Positions 35,619-45,541 of a stretch of 64,000 nt of DNA are shown in pieces; position 1 is the first letter of the stretch, and each line of letters starts with the position of its first letter. The notes under the pieces were generated by a model. It ran no database searches. It was not told the origin of the DNA and saw nothing but the letters and a program-made list of their open reading frames with translations. A program made the position numbers and the translations under genes. Source of the DNA: a bacterium (lineage in GTDB: Bacteria > UBA8248 > JACPRG01 > G963555815); the NCBI GenBank assembly GCA_963555815.3, contig CAUVWX020000001.1:988633-1052632 (forward strand). Direction: 5' to 3'.

Positions 35619-37447
35619 GTGTGATTATCGGAATCGACCTGGGGACCACGAAAAGTGTCGTGGCCTACATGGAGGGGGGCAAACCCCGCGTCATCCCCGA
35701 TGCAAAGGGGAACCCCATCCTCCCGTCGGCCGTCGCCTTCACCGGGGAGGGGATCCTGGTCGGGGAACCGGCCAAGCGCCGGGCCCTCGCGCGACCCCAG
35801 GAGACCGTCTATTCCGTGAAGCGGTTCATGGGAAAGGGCCTGGAAGATGTGAAGAGTGATCTCGTCTTCCTTCCCTTCCACCTTTTCCCGGAGCATCTCG
35901 ATGTGGTCCGCTTTGAGGTGGGAGAGCGCCAGTATACGCCCCCCGAGGTCTCGGCGTTTATCCTGAAGGAGCTGAAGCAGCGGGCCGAGGCCCACCTGGG
36001 GACCGAAATTAAAAAGGCCGTCATCACGGTCCCGGCCTACTTCAACGACAGCCAGCGCCAGGCCACCAAGGACGCAGGACGGATCTCGGGCCTGGAGGTC
36101 CTTCGCATCGTCAATGAGCCGACGGCCGCGGCCCTGGCCTACGGCCTGAACCTGCGAAAGCAGGGGACCATCGCCGTCTATGACCTGGGAGGCGGGACCT
36201 TCGACATCTCGCTTCTGAAGATCAAGGATGGGATCTTTGAGGTCCTGGCCACCGGTGGGGACACCCATCTCGGGGGAGATGACATCGACAATCGGCTTAT
36301 CGACTTCCTGCGGGAAGACCTGGAGCGGGAGGGCAAACTTTCTCTTCGCACTTCCGAGGTGACTCTCCAGGCCCTCAAGGAGGCGGTCGAGACGGCCAAG
36401 TGCCAGCTCTCTGAGGCCGAGAGGGCGGAGATCGCGGTTCCCCTTCCGGGAGGGGCCGGAGAATTCCGCCGCGCCCTCGATCGGTCCACCTTCGAGAGTC
36501 TGGCCTCTCCCGTCGTGGAGCGGACGGTCCCGCCCTGTCGCCAAGCCCTCAAAGACGCCGGGCTGAGACCTGAGGACATCGATGAGGTGATCTTGGTGGG
36601 GGGCTCGACCCTGATCCCCATTGTTCGGAAGACCGTTGAAAAAGTCTTCGGCAAAGTCCCTCACAGCGAGCTAAACCCTCGGGAGGTCGTCGCCCTTGGG
36701 GCGGCGATCCAGGCGGGGATTCTGGCGGGGGGGATCCGGGACATGCTCCTCTTGGACGTCACCCCCTTGTCCCTCGGCATTGAGGTGATGGGCGGTGTCA
36801 TTGGGGTTCTCATTCCCCGGAACAGCACGATCCCCACCCACGCCCAAGAGGTGTTTACCACCTATGTGGATGGGCAGGTCTCGGTGGACATTCACGTCCT
36901 CCAGGGGGAGCGGGAGCTGGTCAAGGACAACCGAAGCCTGGCCCGCTTCCAGTTGAAGGGGGTTGCCCCCATGGCGGCCGGGCTCCCCCGGATCGCCGTC
37001 AACTTCCTCCTCGACGCTAACGGCATTCTGAACGTGACGGCAAAGGACCAGCGGAGCGACAAAGAGCAGTCCATCGAAGTGAAACCCTCCTACGGCCTCA
37101 CGGACGAAGAGGTGGACCGCATGATCCAAGAGTCCTTCGAACACGCCGAGGAGGACATGGGCGCCCGCCTCCTGATCGATGCCAAAACAGAGGCCCAGAC
37201 CGTCCTTCAAGCTGCGAAGAAGGCCCTCAAGGAGGGCACTCATCTCGTCTTGGAAGCAGAGGAAAAAAACATTCAAGAGGCCATCTGTGGACTTGAGGAA
37301 GCCCTGGAGGGCGAAGACCGACACGCCGTTCGGGACCGGCTCGACCGGCTGAATAACGTCACCCTCCATCTGGCCGAGGTCCTCATGGACGAGGGCCTCA
37401 GCCGGTCCGTCAAAGACCGGCGGGCGGAGGAGATTTTAGAACGTTGA
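35615..37447 (+). CDS. hscA: Fe-S cluster chaperone HscA (Hsp70 family)
   Basis: 610 aa with IGIDLGTT, DLGGGTFD and Hsp70 architecture, in isc operon context. Confidence 0.93.
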   Translation: MSVIIGIDLGTTKSVVAYMEGGKPRVIPDAKGNPILPSAVAFTGEGILVGEPAKRRALARPQETVYSVKRFMGKGLEDVKSDLVFLPFHLFPEHLDVVRFEVGERQYTPPEVSAFILKELKQRAEAHLGTEIKKAVITVPAYFNDSQRQATKDAGRISGLEVLRIVNEPTAAALAYGLNLRKQGTIAVYDLGGGTFDISLLKIKDGIFEVLATGGDTHLGGDDIDNRLIDFLREDLEREGKLSLRTSEVTLQALKEAVETAKCQLSEAERAEIAVPLPGGAGEFRRALDRSTFESLASPVVERTVPPCRQALKDAGLRPEDIDEVILVGGSTLIPIVRKTVEKVFGKVPHSELNPREVVALGAAIQAGILAGGIRDMLLLDVTPLSLGIEVMGGVIGVLIPRNSTIPTHAQEVFTTYVDGQVSVDIHVLQGERELVKDNRSLARFQLKGVAPMAAGLPRIAVNFLLDANGILNVTAKDQRSDKEQSIEVKPSYGLTDEEVDRMIQESFEHAEEDMGARLLIDAKTEAQTVLQAAKKALKEGTHLVLEAEEKNIQEAICGLEEALEGEDRHAVRDRLDRLNNVTLHLAEVLMDEGLSRSVKDRRAEEILER

Positions 37448-37493
37448 AGTCAGGGATGGCCGGATGGGGCCACCCTCAGGAGAGACGACACTG

Positions 37494-37823
37494 ATGCCTA
37501 AAGTCACTTTTCTTCCGAAGAACATCACGGTTGAGGCGAAGGAGGGGGAGTCCATCCTGAACATCGCCTTGGAGAACGACATCTACCTTGAGCACAACTG
37601 CGGCGGGTTCTGTGCCTGCAGCACCTGCCACGTTATCGTCCACAAGGGCATGGAACACCTTCCTGAGGCCACCGAGGATGAGGAAGACGAATTGGACGAG
37701 GCCGAGGGGTTGACGGTGAACTCCCGATTGGGCTGCCAGTGTCTGGTGGAAGGGGACGTGGTGGTTGAGATCCCGGCACACACCCGAAACGCCCCGGGGA
37801 ATATCGGAGGACACGACCACTGA
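37494..37823 (+). CDS. fdx: ISC-type [2Fe-2S] ferredoxin
   Basis: The ATG at 37494 follows AGGAGAG. The Cys pattern is CGGFCACSTCHV ... CQC. Confidence 0.9.
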   Translation: MPKVTFLPKNITVEAKEGESILNIALENDIYLEHNCGGFCACSTCHVIVHKGMEHLPEATEDEEDELDEAEGLTVNSRLGCQCLVEGDVVVEIPAHTRNAPGNIGGHDH

Positions 37824-38035
37824 TGAGTGTAGAGTGGAATGATTCCTACGAGATCGGCTATCAACTCTTCGAAAAGTTTCCGGACGTGGATCCCCTGACC
37901 GTCCGTTTCACGGACCTGCACCAGTGGGTCACGGAACTGGCCGAGTTTGAGGATGACCCGAAGGCCTCAAACGAGAAGCTTCTTGAGGCCATCCAGATGG
38001 CGTGGCTTGAAGAGTACCAGGACGCCAAGGAGTAG
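37823..38035 (+). CDS. iscX: IscX (YfhJ) Fe-S assembly accessory protein
   Basis: 70-aa acidic protein (W.DSYEIGYQL.EKFPDVDPL.VRFTDLH.WV). It overlaps the fdx stop (TGATG). Confidence 0.85.
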   Translation: MSVEWNDSYEIGYQLFEKFPDVDPLTVRFTDLHQWVTELAEFEDDPKASNEKLLEAIQMAWLEEYQDAKE

Positions 38036-38086
38036 GTCCCTTGCTTTCCGGCATTCTCCGAAAAGTTCCATAGGTCCTAAGGTCCT

Positions 38087-39190
38087 ATGTTTCTCGTCCT
38101 CACCACTCTCATTCTCGCCCTGAATCTCTTTGCCCAGCCCATTGCGGCCCAGGAGACTGAGCGCCCCTTTGAGGTGGTCGCTGAGCTGCCTGAAGGCCCC
38201 GGAAATATCGCGGTCACGCCCCAGGGCAGAATCATCATCAGCATGCACCAGTTCTTCAGTCCCGAGCACCGAGTCATGGAGGTGCTGCCCAGTGGGGAGC
38301 TCCGGCCGTTCCCAAACGAAGAATGGAGCAGTGCCCCCGACAAGAGGGGCGTCGGTTTCAACGCCGTGCTCGGCATTCGGAGCGACGCCCGCGGGGTTGT
38401 TTGGATGCTCGACAATGGAACCGCTGGCGGCGCCACCCCAAAGATCGTCGGGTGGGACACGGTGCGGAACGCGCTCAAGACCGTGATTCACCTCCCCCAT
38501 CCGGTGACGCGCGCCGGCTCTTTCCACAACGACCTGGTGGTCGATCTTCTTCACGAGGCTGTCTACATTTCGGATCTGGGCGGGGAGGGAGGTCCTGCAA
38601 TTGTTGTGGTCGACCTCAAGACGGGTTTTTCGCGGCGCGTTCTTGCCGGTCATCAGAGCGTGGTCGCCGAGGACGTGCCGATGGTGGTCGAGGACAGATT
38701 GGTGACCATTCTCGAAGGTGGTGGAGAATCCTCGGAGGCTCGGATAGGGATCAACCCCATCACCATTGACCCCGCAAACAAATGGGTCTACTACGGCGCA
38801 ATGCATGGGACGAGCGTCTACCGCGTCCGAACCACCGACCTCTTGAACACGGAGCTCGACGATGACCAGCTCGGAGAGCGGGTGGAGCGTTATGGCACAA
38901 AGCCTGTCAGCGACGGGATCAGCGTGGATTCCACCGGGAACGTTTACATCACAGACGTCACGGGCAACGCCATCGGGGTCACTTCCTCCGACGGCCAATA
39001 CCGACGGCTCATTAGCGATGGTCTCATCCTGTGGCCAGATGGAATGAGCTACGGCCCCGACGGATATTTCTATGTCACGGTCAACCAACTGCACCGTTCG
39101 GCCATTCTCAACGAAGGACAAGACATCACGATGCCCCCCTTTCTCATCATTCGTTTCAAGCCCCTCACGCCGAGCGCGATCGGCCGATAG
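38087..39190 (+). CDS. Secreted major royal jelly/yellow-family beta-propeller protein
   Basis: 367 aa with signal peptide MFLVLTTLILALNLFAQPIAAQE. The MRJP-like motifs (SFHNDLVVD...AVYISD, IVVVDLKTG.SRRVL) are recalled from the family. Confidence 0.7.
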   Translation: MFLVLTTLILALNLFAQPIAAQETERPFEVVAELPEGPGNIAVTPQGRIIISMHQFFSPEHRVMEVLPSGELRPFPNEEWSSAPDKRGVGFNAVLGIRSDARGVVWMLDNGTAGGATPKIVGWDTVRNALKTVIHLPHPVTRAGSFHNDLVVDLLHEAVYISDLGGEGGPAIVVVDLKTGFSRRVLAGHQSVVAEDVPMVVEDRLVTILEGGGESSEARIGINPITIDPANKWVYYGAMHGTSVYRVRTTDLLNTELDDDQLGERVERYGTKPVSDGISVDSTGNVYITDVTGNAIGVTSSDGQYRRLISDGLILWPDGMSYGPDGYFYVTVNQLHRSAILNEGQDITMPPFLIIRFKPLTPSAIGR

Positions 39191-39284
39191 GTGCTTACCC
39201 CGCTTAAAGGAAGGTCCGGCGCAGGGGGAAATCAAAAATTTCGCTACAGGTGGGTTGTTCTGAAAAGTCCTGGGGCTCCCCGGC

Positions 39285-39596
39285 CTATGCAGCGCTCGGT
39301 TTTCCAAAACGCCCTAAAAGGCGTCTTAGCCGGGAAAAAATCACTTCGGAGGCCACTGCGCGGCCAAGATCCACTGAGCGGACACCGCCCCCTTTATGGC
39401 GGACTGTCGCCTGCTCCGTCTCAAGGTCCACCTCGGCCTCTTCTACCCCCGGGAGCCCCTCCAGGGCTCGCTTGACTCGAAGGGCTCAGAGGTTGCAGAC
39501 CATCCCCCGGACGCGAAAGGATAACTCGCCCGAGGGCCCCTCCACGGGGGCGTCCGCCGAAGGGTTGACAAGGAAGTTTCGAAATTTCAAAGGCAT
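39285..39596 (-). CDS. Heavy-metal-associated (HMA/CopZ/MerP-like) domain protein with in-frame TGA (39488-39486) in GMxCxxU; candidate selenoprotein, not in the ORF track
   Basis: Manual minus-strand translation gives MPLKFRNFLVNPSADAPVEGPSGELSFRVRGMVCNL-TGA-ALRVKRALEGLPGVEEAEVDLETEQATVRH...; 103 codons, TAG at 39287-39285. This fits the HMA consensus f.V.GM.C..C...v..aL..l.GV....V.l....a.V. Confidence 0.72.
39453..39469 (-). promoter_or_regulatory. Candidate bacterial SECIS hairpin
   Basis: In RNA sense it reads GAGCCC-UGGAG-GGGCUC. The stem starts 16 nt after the UGA and the loop contains GG. Confidence 0.5.
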
Positions 39597-39635
39597 GGCA
39601 ATCTATCGTCGATAAGCGTTGATAAACGGGGAGAT

Positions 39636-40043
39636 TTAGATCTTCTTTCGGATGGTCCGGTCTATCGAGAGCCTTCCGCTTCCCAGGAGGAGGAGCGCCA
39701 ACGCCCCCCCCAAGAGGAGAATCTCCCGATCGGCACTTCCGCCAATCAGCCCTCCCGGCAGCTTGACCAGCCAGATAGCCATGATCAGGATGATCACCTG
39801 AAGGAGGCTTATCCATCGGGTCCACAGGCCCAGGACGACCAGAATTCCCCCGAAGAATTCAATGACCCCGACGAGGACAGCTGTGACAGTGGGAAGCGGA
39901 ATTCCGAGGCTCCCGAAGGATTGTCCCACGATCTCAACGTCGAGAAAAAGTTGATAGAAGCCTGTCCAGATGAAGACAGCCCCCACGGCGAGCCGAAGGG
40001 GAAGTGGGGCCAGGAGATGGGCATCCTTGAAAGGAGAAGGCAT
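39636..40043 (-). CDS. DoxX family membrane protein
   Basis: 135 aa with four TM helices and a DoxX-like sequence (LRLAVGAVFIWTGFYQLF..., VIEFFGGILVVLGLWTRW). GGGAGG lies upstream of the ATG. Confidence 0.82.
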   Translation of the reverse strand: MPSPFKDAHLLAPLPLRLAVGAVFIWTGFYQLFLDVEIVGQSFGSLGIPLPTVTAVLVGVIEFFGGILVVLGLWTRWISLLQVIILIMAIWLVKLPGGLIGGSADREILLLGGALALLLLGSGRLSIDRTIRKKI

Positions 40044-40334
40044 TTTTGACCTCCCAGTGGTCAGCTATCTTCATATTTAGTGCTGTGCGACTAAAAATAC
40101 CATCGAAATCTCTGAACTCTTTTCTGGATTCTGGCCCTTTCGTTTCCCGTAGAGGCAAGGTACTGTCTCGTTTCAGGGGCATTATGATAATATGGATTTA
40201 GGGGCTAGACCTGGATAATACGTGTCGCCCTGAGTGAGGGAAACTTTTCAGCAGCCCCTCAAGAGCAATTTGTCTTTCCCTGGCGCCTTTCTGAGTCTAG
40301 TTCAGAAGGCAGGCGAGGCGGAGCCAATGAGAGG

Positions 40335-40649
40335 ATGGTTTTACCCATGAAGATTCGAGAAGAAGGGGGCCAGCTCGCCATCAGGTGCAATCTGGATGAG
40401 GTGAAAGAGCTCTACCGGGCGCTCTTTCATGCCCTGCGCTCCCACGGTCCTGAGGAGTTTGACGACCAGGATATCCTCCTCACCCTTCAGCTCTTCCTTC
40501 AACGGAAGGCTGGGGAGCAGGGAGTTGACGTCTCCATCCACCAGGACTGGGAGCGATTCCTCGGCTACAAGCATGTCGAGGCTTGTGAGGATCGCTACAC
40601 CCGGTATCTCCCCGAACGGGGCGACGGAGATATAGAGAAAAAAGGTTAG
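40335..40649 (+). CDS. Hypothetical protein
   Basis: 104-aa ORF with no recognisable motif. The start may instead be the ATG at 40347. Confidence 0.4.
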   Translation: MVLPMKIREEGGQLAIRCNLDEVKELYRALFHALRSHGPEEFDDQDILLTLQLFLQRKAGEQGVDVSIHQDWERFLGYKHVEACEDRYTRYLPERGDGDIEKKG

Positions 40650-41185
40650 GGTGTCAGGGTGGCCCTGTCTCCAGGGGCTTCTTGCCGAAGGGAAGGAAGG
40701 CGCTGGCGGAAGACCACCTTGTCGTAGAGGACAAAGTCGAAGATCGTGGCGACGGCAACTCCGATGACGAAGTTTAGGTCATCCTGAAGATTGAAAACCT
40801 GCCCGATGGGAAAGAGGATGAGGCGGGCGATGACGCCCACCCCGACGGCCCCGTGAAAAGTGAGGCACTTGAAGAAGAGGGCCCGCCCCCGCAGGCGCGA
40901 CGAGTCCTTCCAAGTCCACAGGTACTGAAAGATGAAATTGTAAAGGATACTAATCTCGATGCTAAGGATCAGAGCCAGGTTGACGAGGAAGGGGGTGGAA
41001 AGCCCCACCACCCGGAAGAGCTTAAAGAGGCCCCAGTTGATAATGAAGGCACTTCCCCCAACCACTAAGAAGGGAAAAATGCGGTGGCGGCTGGCGACAA
41101 TATAGCTTACCGCGCCCTGGACCCACGAAATAGACAATCTCGCCCTCCCTTTGCTTGTGCCAGAGTCAATCAGATCAGAGATCAA
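40646..41185 (-). CDS. GtrA-family membrane protein
   Basis: GtrA-like helices (FLVVGGSAFIINWGLF..., NFIFQYLWTWKD). The N-terminus is probably shorter than the 179-aa track ORF. Confidence 0.7.
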   Translation of the reverse strand: MISDLIDSGTSKGRARLSISWVQGAVSYIVASRHRIFPFLVVGGSAFIINWGLFKLFRVVGLSTPFLVNLALILSIEISILYNFIFQYLWTWKDSSRLRGRALFFKCLTFHGAVGVGVIARLILFPIGQVFNLQDDLNFVIGVAVATIFDFVLYDKVVFRQRLPSLRQEAPGDRATLTP

Positions 41186-41358
41186 TGGCGGACCGAGATC
41201 CTATCTGAAAGGGGTTCTTGGGGCAAGTTTCGGGGGAGGGAATAGACCCCCGGCCCTGCCTTTTATTCTGAGAAAAAGTTGAATGTTTGACCGGCAATTC
41301 AAGGGAGATGACAGTTCCAGGCCCTTTTTGCCCTGCCGTCCGGGAGACCTGGGATTCC

Positions 41359-41387
41359 TTGACAACCCTTTGGTTGCGGGCTATCTT
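41359..41387 (+). promoter_or_regulatory. Promoter of the tRNA cluster, TTGACA-17-TATCTT
   Basis: TTGACA at 41359-41364 and TATCTT at 41382-41387, 57 nt upstream of the first tRNA. Confidence 0.55.
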
Positions 41388-41443
41388 GAGTTTTCTGAAA
41401 CCGCTCGGAGGTCTTTTTCGAGGGGTGGAAGGGTGGTTACAAC

Positions 41444-41520
<77 letters not shown>

Positions 41521-41535
41521 ATTGATGGATATTGT

Positions 41536-41613
41536 GGTGGGCGTAGCTCAGCAGGTGAGAGCACTGGGCTGTGGACCCAGGGGTCGAGGGTTCGAATCCC
41601 TTCGCTCACCCCA
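41536..41613 (+). tRNA. tRNA-His (anticodon GTG)
   Basis: Extra G-1 before acceptor GTGGGCG/CGCTCAC, anticodon loop CTGTGGA and an encoded CCA. Confidence 0.9.
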
Positions 41614-41631
41614 AGTTGGTCTTTGTTTCGC

Positions 41632-41709
41632 GCGCCTGTAGCTCAGCCTGGAAAGAGCGTCGGACTTCGAATCCGCAGGTCGTAGGTTCGAATCCTACCG
41701 GGCGTGCCA
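41632..41709 (+). tRNA. tRNA-Arg (anticodon TCG)
   Basis: Acceptor GCGCCTG/CGGGCGT, anticodon loop CTTCGAA, T-loop TTCGAAT and an encoded CCA. Confidence 0.88.
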
Positions 41710-41722
41710 GAAACGGGTGGGT

Positions 41723-41798
41723 GGGCCGCTAGCTCAACTGGTAGAGCAACGGACTCTTAATCCGTGGGTTGAAGGTTCGAGTCCTTCGCGGCTCACCA
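41723..41798 (+). tRNA. tRNA-Lys (anticodon CTT)
   Basis: Acceptor GGGCCGC/GCGGCTC, anticodon loop CTCTTAA, T-loop TTCGAGT and an encoded CCA. Confidence 0.9.
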
Positions 41799-41842
41799 TT
41801 TTCTGGGCTTCACCGAGGCTCCTCAAAGGGCCCGGACAGAAT

Positions 41843-41926
41843 GCGAGGGTGGCGGAATGGCAGACGCGCTAGATTTAGGATCTAGTGCCTTCGGGCGTGG
41901 GGGTTCGAATCCCCCCTCTCGCACCA
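41843..41926 (+). tRNA. tRNA-Leu (anticodon TAG), long variable arm
   Basis: Acceptor GCGAGGG/CTCTCGC, anticodon stem-loop CTAGA-TTTAGGA-TCTAG, variable arm GTGCCTTCGGGCG and an encoded CCA. Confidence 0.88.
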
Positions 41927-42013
41927 GGGATATCCCGGCTCCGCGGGACCCATGTTTGGCAGGCCTCCATCTTTTGGGAACCAGTCGGTCTGACTCCTCC
42001 AGCCGGTGCTCCT

Positions 42014-43333
42014 ATGCGGATTGATGTTCAAGAAGTAGACCCCTGCACGAAGCGCCTTGCCATCGAGGTTCCCCCCGAGGCGGTGCGCCTCGCCCTCGAT
42101 CGGGCGTATGAGCGTCTCCAGCAAAGGGTATGCCTGGATGGCTTTCGAAAGGGAAAGGTGCCCCGGAAGATCTTGGAGCGCTATTACCGGGAGACGATCG
42201 AAGAGGATATTAAGAGGAAACTCATCCGCGACTCTTGTCGGGCAGCCTTTCAGGAGAGGGCCATCCAGCCGCTGGGAGAGCCCCACTACGAACAGGTGGA
42301 GATGAAGGAGGCGCAGCCCTTTAAATTCACCGCCACGGTGGAGGTGGTCCCCCCCTTTGAAATGCCTCCCTATGCGGGAAAGGAGTTTTCAAAGCCCCTC
42401 ACCGCTGTGTCTGAGGAGGAGGTGGGACAGGCCCTTGAGCATCTGAGGAAGCACCACGCTCAATACGAGACGGCCCATGACCGGGGTGCTAAAGAGGATG
42501 ACTATGTCCTCCTCGACATGTTGGGTTTCCTGGAGGGGGTCCAGGAGGATGACCTCAGCCGACAGAATCAGGCCGTGCTCCTTGGCCAGGGTGGGCTTCC
42601 GCCTGAGCTGGAGGAGGCCCTTCTTGGGATGTCCAGGGAGGAGACGAAACGAGTTGAGACGGCCTTTCCGTCCGACCACCAGAACCCCCGCCTCGCGGGA
42701 AAAAAAGCCCGCTTCGTCCTCACGGTCAAGGAGATCAAGGCACCGAGACTCCCCGAGCTGGATGATGAGTTCGCCCGTGCTCTCGGACCCTATGCTTCCC
42801 TGGAGGCCCTTCGGGCCAAAGTCCGGGGGGAACTCGAGGCTCAGGCCGAGCATCGAGCAACAAGGTCACTTCAGCGGGCCATCCTGGACCATATTCTCCA
42901 GGAGGCGGAGTTCCCCGTTCCCCGCAGGCTTGTGGAAACCGAGCTCCTGGGATTCATCCGTGAGGCTAAGCGGGGGTTCCCCCCCGAGGAGCGAGATCGG
43001 CTGGACGAGGGGAAGCTCCGGGCCGATCTAGAGGGGGGGGCTCAAAAGAGCGTGCGGGAAAAAATGATACTGGACCGGATCGCCGGTGACGCGGAAATTG
43101 AGGTCTCGCCGGCGGAGGTGGAGGCCGAGGTGGCGCGGCTCGCCCGCGGGGCAGGACGTCCGGTGAGGGAATTTCGCTCCCAGCTGGAGGGTCAGGGGGC
43201 CCTGGGGACCCTTCAAAGGAGCCTGCGGCGTCAAAAGGTTTTGGACTATCTCGTGGGACAAGTGAAAGCGGTCCCAGTTGAAGGAGAGGGCCCTCTCCCT
43301 GAGAGTGGGGGCGGCGAGCCCGAGGAGGAATAG
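42014..43333 (+). CDS. tig: Trigger factor
   Basis: The track ORF 41885-43333 was trimmed to the ATG at 42014 ([20 protein letters not shown]), because the upstream part overlaps tRNA-Leu. It has a trigger factor N-domain (GFRKGKVP) and is followed by clpP-clpX. Confidence 0.9.
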   Translation: MRIDVQEVDPCTKRLAIEVPPEAVRLALDRAYERLQQRVCLDGFRKGKVPRKILERYYRETIEEDIKRKLIRDSCRAAFQERAIQPLGEPHYEQVEMKEAQPFKFTATVEVVPPFEMPPYAGKEFSKPLTAVSEEEVGQALEHLRKHHAQYETAHDRGAKEDDYVLLDMLGFLEGVQEDDLSRQNQAVLLGQGGLPPELEEALLGMSREETKRVETAFPSDHQNPRLAGKKARFVLTVKEIKAPRLPELDDEFARALGPYASLEALRAKVRGELEAQAEHRATRSLQRAILDHILQEAEFPVPRRLVETELLGFIREAKRGFPPEERDRLDEGKLRADLEGGAQKSVREKMILDRIAGDAEIEVSPAEVEAEVARLARGAGRPVREFRSQLEGQGALGTLQRSLRRQKVLDYLVGQVKAVPVEGEGPLPESGGGEPEEE

Positions 43334-43335
43334 CC

Positions 43336-43947
43336 GTGGAAAGCTCATATCTCGTGCCCATGGTGGTGGAACAGACAAACCGGGGGGAGCGGTCCTATGA
43401 CATCTTCTCCCGGCTCCTGAAGGACCGCATCGTCTTTCTTGGCACGCCCATTGACGACACCGTCTCCAACCTGATGATCGCCCAGCTCCTCTTCCTGGAG
43501 GCGGAGGACCCCGATCAGGACGTCTTCCTCTACATCAATTGTCCAGGAGGAACGGTGACGGCCGGGCTCGCCATCTATGACACCATCCAGTATGTCCGCC
43601 CCAACATCTCCACCATTTGCATCGGCCAGGCCACGAGTATGGGAGCCCTCCTTCTCGCGGCCGGGGCCAAAGGAAAGCGCTTTGCCCTGCCCCACGCCCG
43701 CATTATGATCCACCAGCCTCTCGGTGGGGTTCAGGGACAGGCCACCGACATCGACATCCAGGCCCGGGAGATCCTGCGGATGCGGGAGACCCTGGACAAG
43801 CTCCTGTCCCGTCACACCGGGCAGACCCTCGAGCAGGTCCACAGCGACACGGAGAGGGACTTCTTCATGACGGGCCAAGACGCTAAGGATTACGGGCTGA
43901 TCGACGACATCATTATCAAGCGCGACGGCAAGCCGAAGAAACCGTAA
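43336..43947 (+). CDS. clpP: ATP-dependent Clp protease proteolytic subunit
   Basis: 203 aa with [15 protein letters not shown], the GQATSMGA active-site Ser and IMIHQP. Confidence 0.95.
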   Translation: MESSYLVPMVVEQTNRGERSYDIFSRLLKDRIVFLGTPIDDTVSNLMIAQLLFLEAEDPDQDVFLYINCPGGTVTAGLAIYDTIQYVRPNISTICIGQATSMGALLLAAGAKGKRFALPHARIMIHQPLGGVQGQATDIDIQAREILRMRETLDKLLSRHTGQTLEQVHSDTERDFFMTGQDAKDYGLIDDIIIKRDGKPKKP

Positions 43948-43979
43948 GTCGGGACCCTTGCCTTAAGGAGGTGCCTCTC

Positions 43980-45227
43980 ATGGCGAAGAAGGTTAGCCGC
44001 GACCACACGCTGAGGTGCTCTTTCTGCGGCAAGACCCAGGAGGAAGTCAAGAAGCTCATCGCTGGGCCCACGGTCTACATCTGTGACCAGTGCATCGACC
44101 TCTGCAACGACATCATGGTGGAGGAGTGGACCCAGGAGAAGAGCGAAGAGATGAAACGGCTGCCCAAGCCGAAGGAGATCAAGGCCATCCTGGATGAGTA
44201 TGTGATCGGTCAGGAGATGGCCAAGAAGATCCTCTCCGTCGCGATCCATAACCACTACAAGCGCATCGAGGCCCCTGGTGACCTGCATGGGGTCGAGATC
44301 CAAAAGAGCAACATTCTCCTCGTCGGGCCGACGGGCTCGGGAAAGACCCTCCTCGCCCAGACCATGGCCCGCGTCCTGGATGTCCCCTTCACCCTGGCCG
44401 ATGCCACGACCCTCACCGAGGCCGGCTACGTGGGGGAAGACGTGGAGAACATCATCCTAAAACTCCTTCAGAGTGCCGACTACGACGTCGCCCGGGCCGA
44501 AAGGGGGATCATCTACATCGACGAGATCGACAAGGTCAGCCGAAAGTCCGAGAACCCCTCCATCACGAGGGATGTCTCGGGGGAGGGGGTTCAGCAGGCC
44601 CTTCTGAAGATCATTGAGGGCACTGTCGCCAATGTCCCCCCCCAAGGGGGCCGAAAGCATCCCCACCAGGAGTTCCTTCAGGTGGACACGACGAACATCT
44701 TTTTCATCTGCGCCGGGGCCTTCATCGGCCTGGAAGAGATCATCGAACGTCGCATCGGGCGGAAGGTCATGGGCTTTGGGGCGGAGATCCAGGGTGTCGA
44801 GGAGCGCCGGAGGGATGGAGTCGTCCTGGCCGCAGTCCAGCCAGAGGACCTCTTGAAGTATGGCCTCATCCCAGAATTCATCGGGCGCCTTCCGGTGATC
44901 GGCGTCCTGGAGGACCTCGACGAGGACTCCCTGGTGCGGATCCTCACGGAGCCCAAAAACGCCCTCGTCAAGCAATACAATAAACTATTTGAATTTGAAG
45001 GAGTTACGCTTCGATTCACGGATGATTCCCTGACGGCGGTCGCTAAGGAAGCCCTGAAGAGAAAGACAGGGGCCAGGGGGCTTCGCTCCATCCTGGAGGA
45101 TGTGATGCTGGAAACCATGTATGAACTCCCCTCCCAGACTGACATCAAGGAGTGTGTCATCACTGAGGGGGTCATCCTCAGCCGGGAGCGCCCCATCTTG
45201 GTCTATGAGAAGCAGGCCGTCAGCTAG
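43980..45227 (+). CDS. clpX: ATP-dependent Clp protease ATP-binding subunit ClpX
   Basis: The ATG at 43980 is 8 nt after AAGGAGG. It has the zinc finger CSFCGK..CDQC and Walker A GPTGSGKT. Confidence 0.95.
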   Translation: MAKKVSRDHTLRCSFCGKTQEEVKKLIAGPTVYICDQCIDLCNDIMVEEWTQEKSEEMKRLPKPKEIKAILDEYVIGQEMAKKILSVAIHNHYKRIEAPGDLHGVEIQKSNILLVGPTGSGKTLLAQTMARVLDVPFTLADATTLTEAGYVGEDVENIILKLLQSADYDVARAERGIIYIDEIDKVSRKSENPSITRDVSGEGVQQALLKIIEGTVANVPPQGGRKHPHQEFLQVDTTNIFFICAGAFIGLEEIIERRIGRKVMGFGAEIQGVEERRRDGVVLAAVQPEDLLKYGLIPEFIGRLPVIGVLEDLDEDSLVRILTEPKNALVKQYNKLFEFEGVTLRFTDDSLTAVAKEALKRKTGARGLRSILEDVMLETMYELPSQTDIKECVITEGVILSRERPILVYEKQAVS

Positions 45228-45377
45228 GGCCCGTGTTCTCCCTAAGCCCCATTTTTTCAAGGACTGTCGCTGTTTTCGCTCGCCCCGGGGCCCGATGTGT
45301 TCACGAAAGTCAACGGAAATGTTTTCCCCTTGACAATATCCCCTTTGGGCTTGAAAATTCAAAGCAATCGAAGGTGG

Positions 45378-45449
45378 AGGCACGTAGCTCAGGGGCAGAG
45401 CGCTTGCCTGACGCGCAAGAGGTCGGCGGTTCGAAACCGCCCGTGCCTA
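45378..45449 (+). tRNA. tRNA-Val (anticodon GAC), CCA not encoded
   Basis: Acceptor AGGCACG/CGTGCCT, D-arm GCTC-AGGGGCA-GAGC, anticodon stem-loop CTTGC-CTGACGC-GCAAG and T-arm GGCGG-TTCGAAA-CCGCC. Confidence 0.8.
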
Positions 45450-45541
45450 CCCTCTATCTTTCTGGGTGGAACTGCTGACCGAGGATGGATGTCGAAGGAA
45501 ATTTTTGTGTCATCCCATCGGGCTGACGTCCACAATCTGAG

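Noticed and set aside
35555-36664. 369-aa minus-strand ORF (also 36671-37369 and 36178-36654)
   Set aside because: It is antisense to hscA (Hsp70 motifs on the plus strand).
37967-39307. 446-aa minus-strand ORF, longer than the plus-strand ORF it overlaps
   Set aside because: The plus-strand ORF 38087-39190 has a clean signal peptide and MRJP/yellow-like motifs. The minus ORF is Arg/Gly/Pro/Asp/Val-rich with no recognisable domain.
39250-39825. Track ORFs 39250-39615 (+) and 39421-39825 (-)
   Set aside because: They are Arg/Pro/Ser-rich shadow ORFs. The minus-strand HMA-domain reading with one TGA explains the region far better, and 39636-39825 belongs to DoxX.
41885-42013. N-terminal extension of the trigger factor ORF
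   Set aside because: It overlaps tRNA-Leu. Conserved trigger factor sequence starts at the ATG at 42014.
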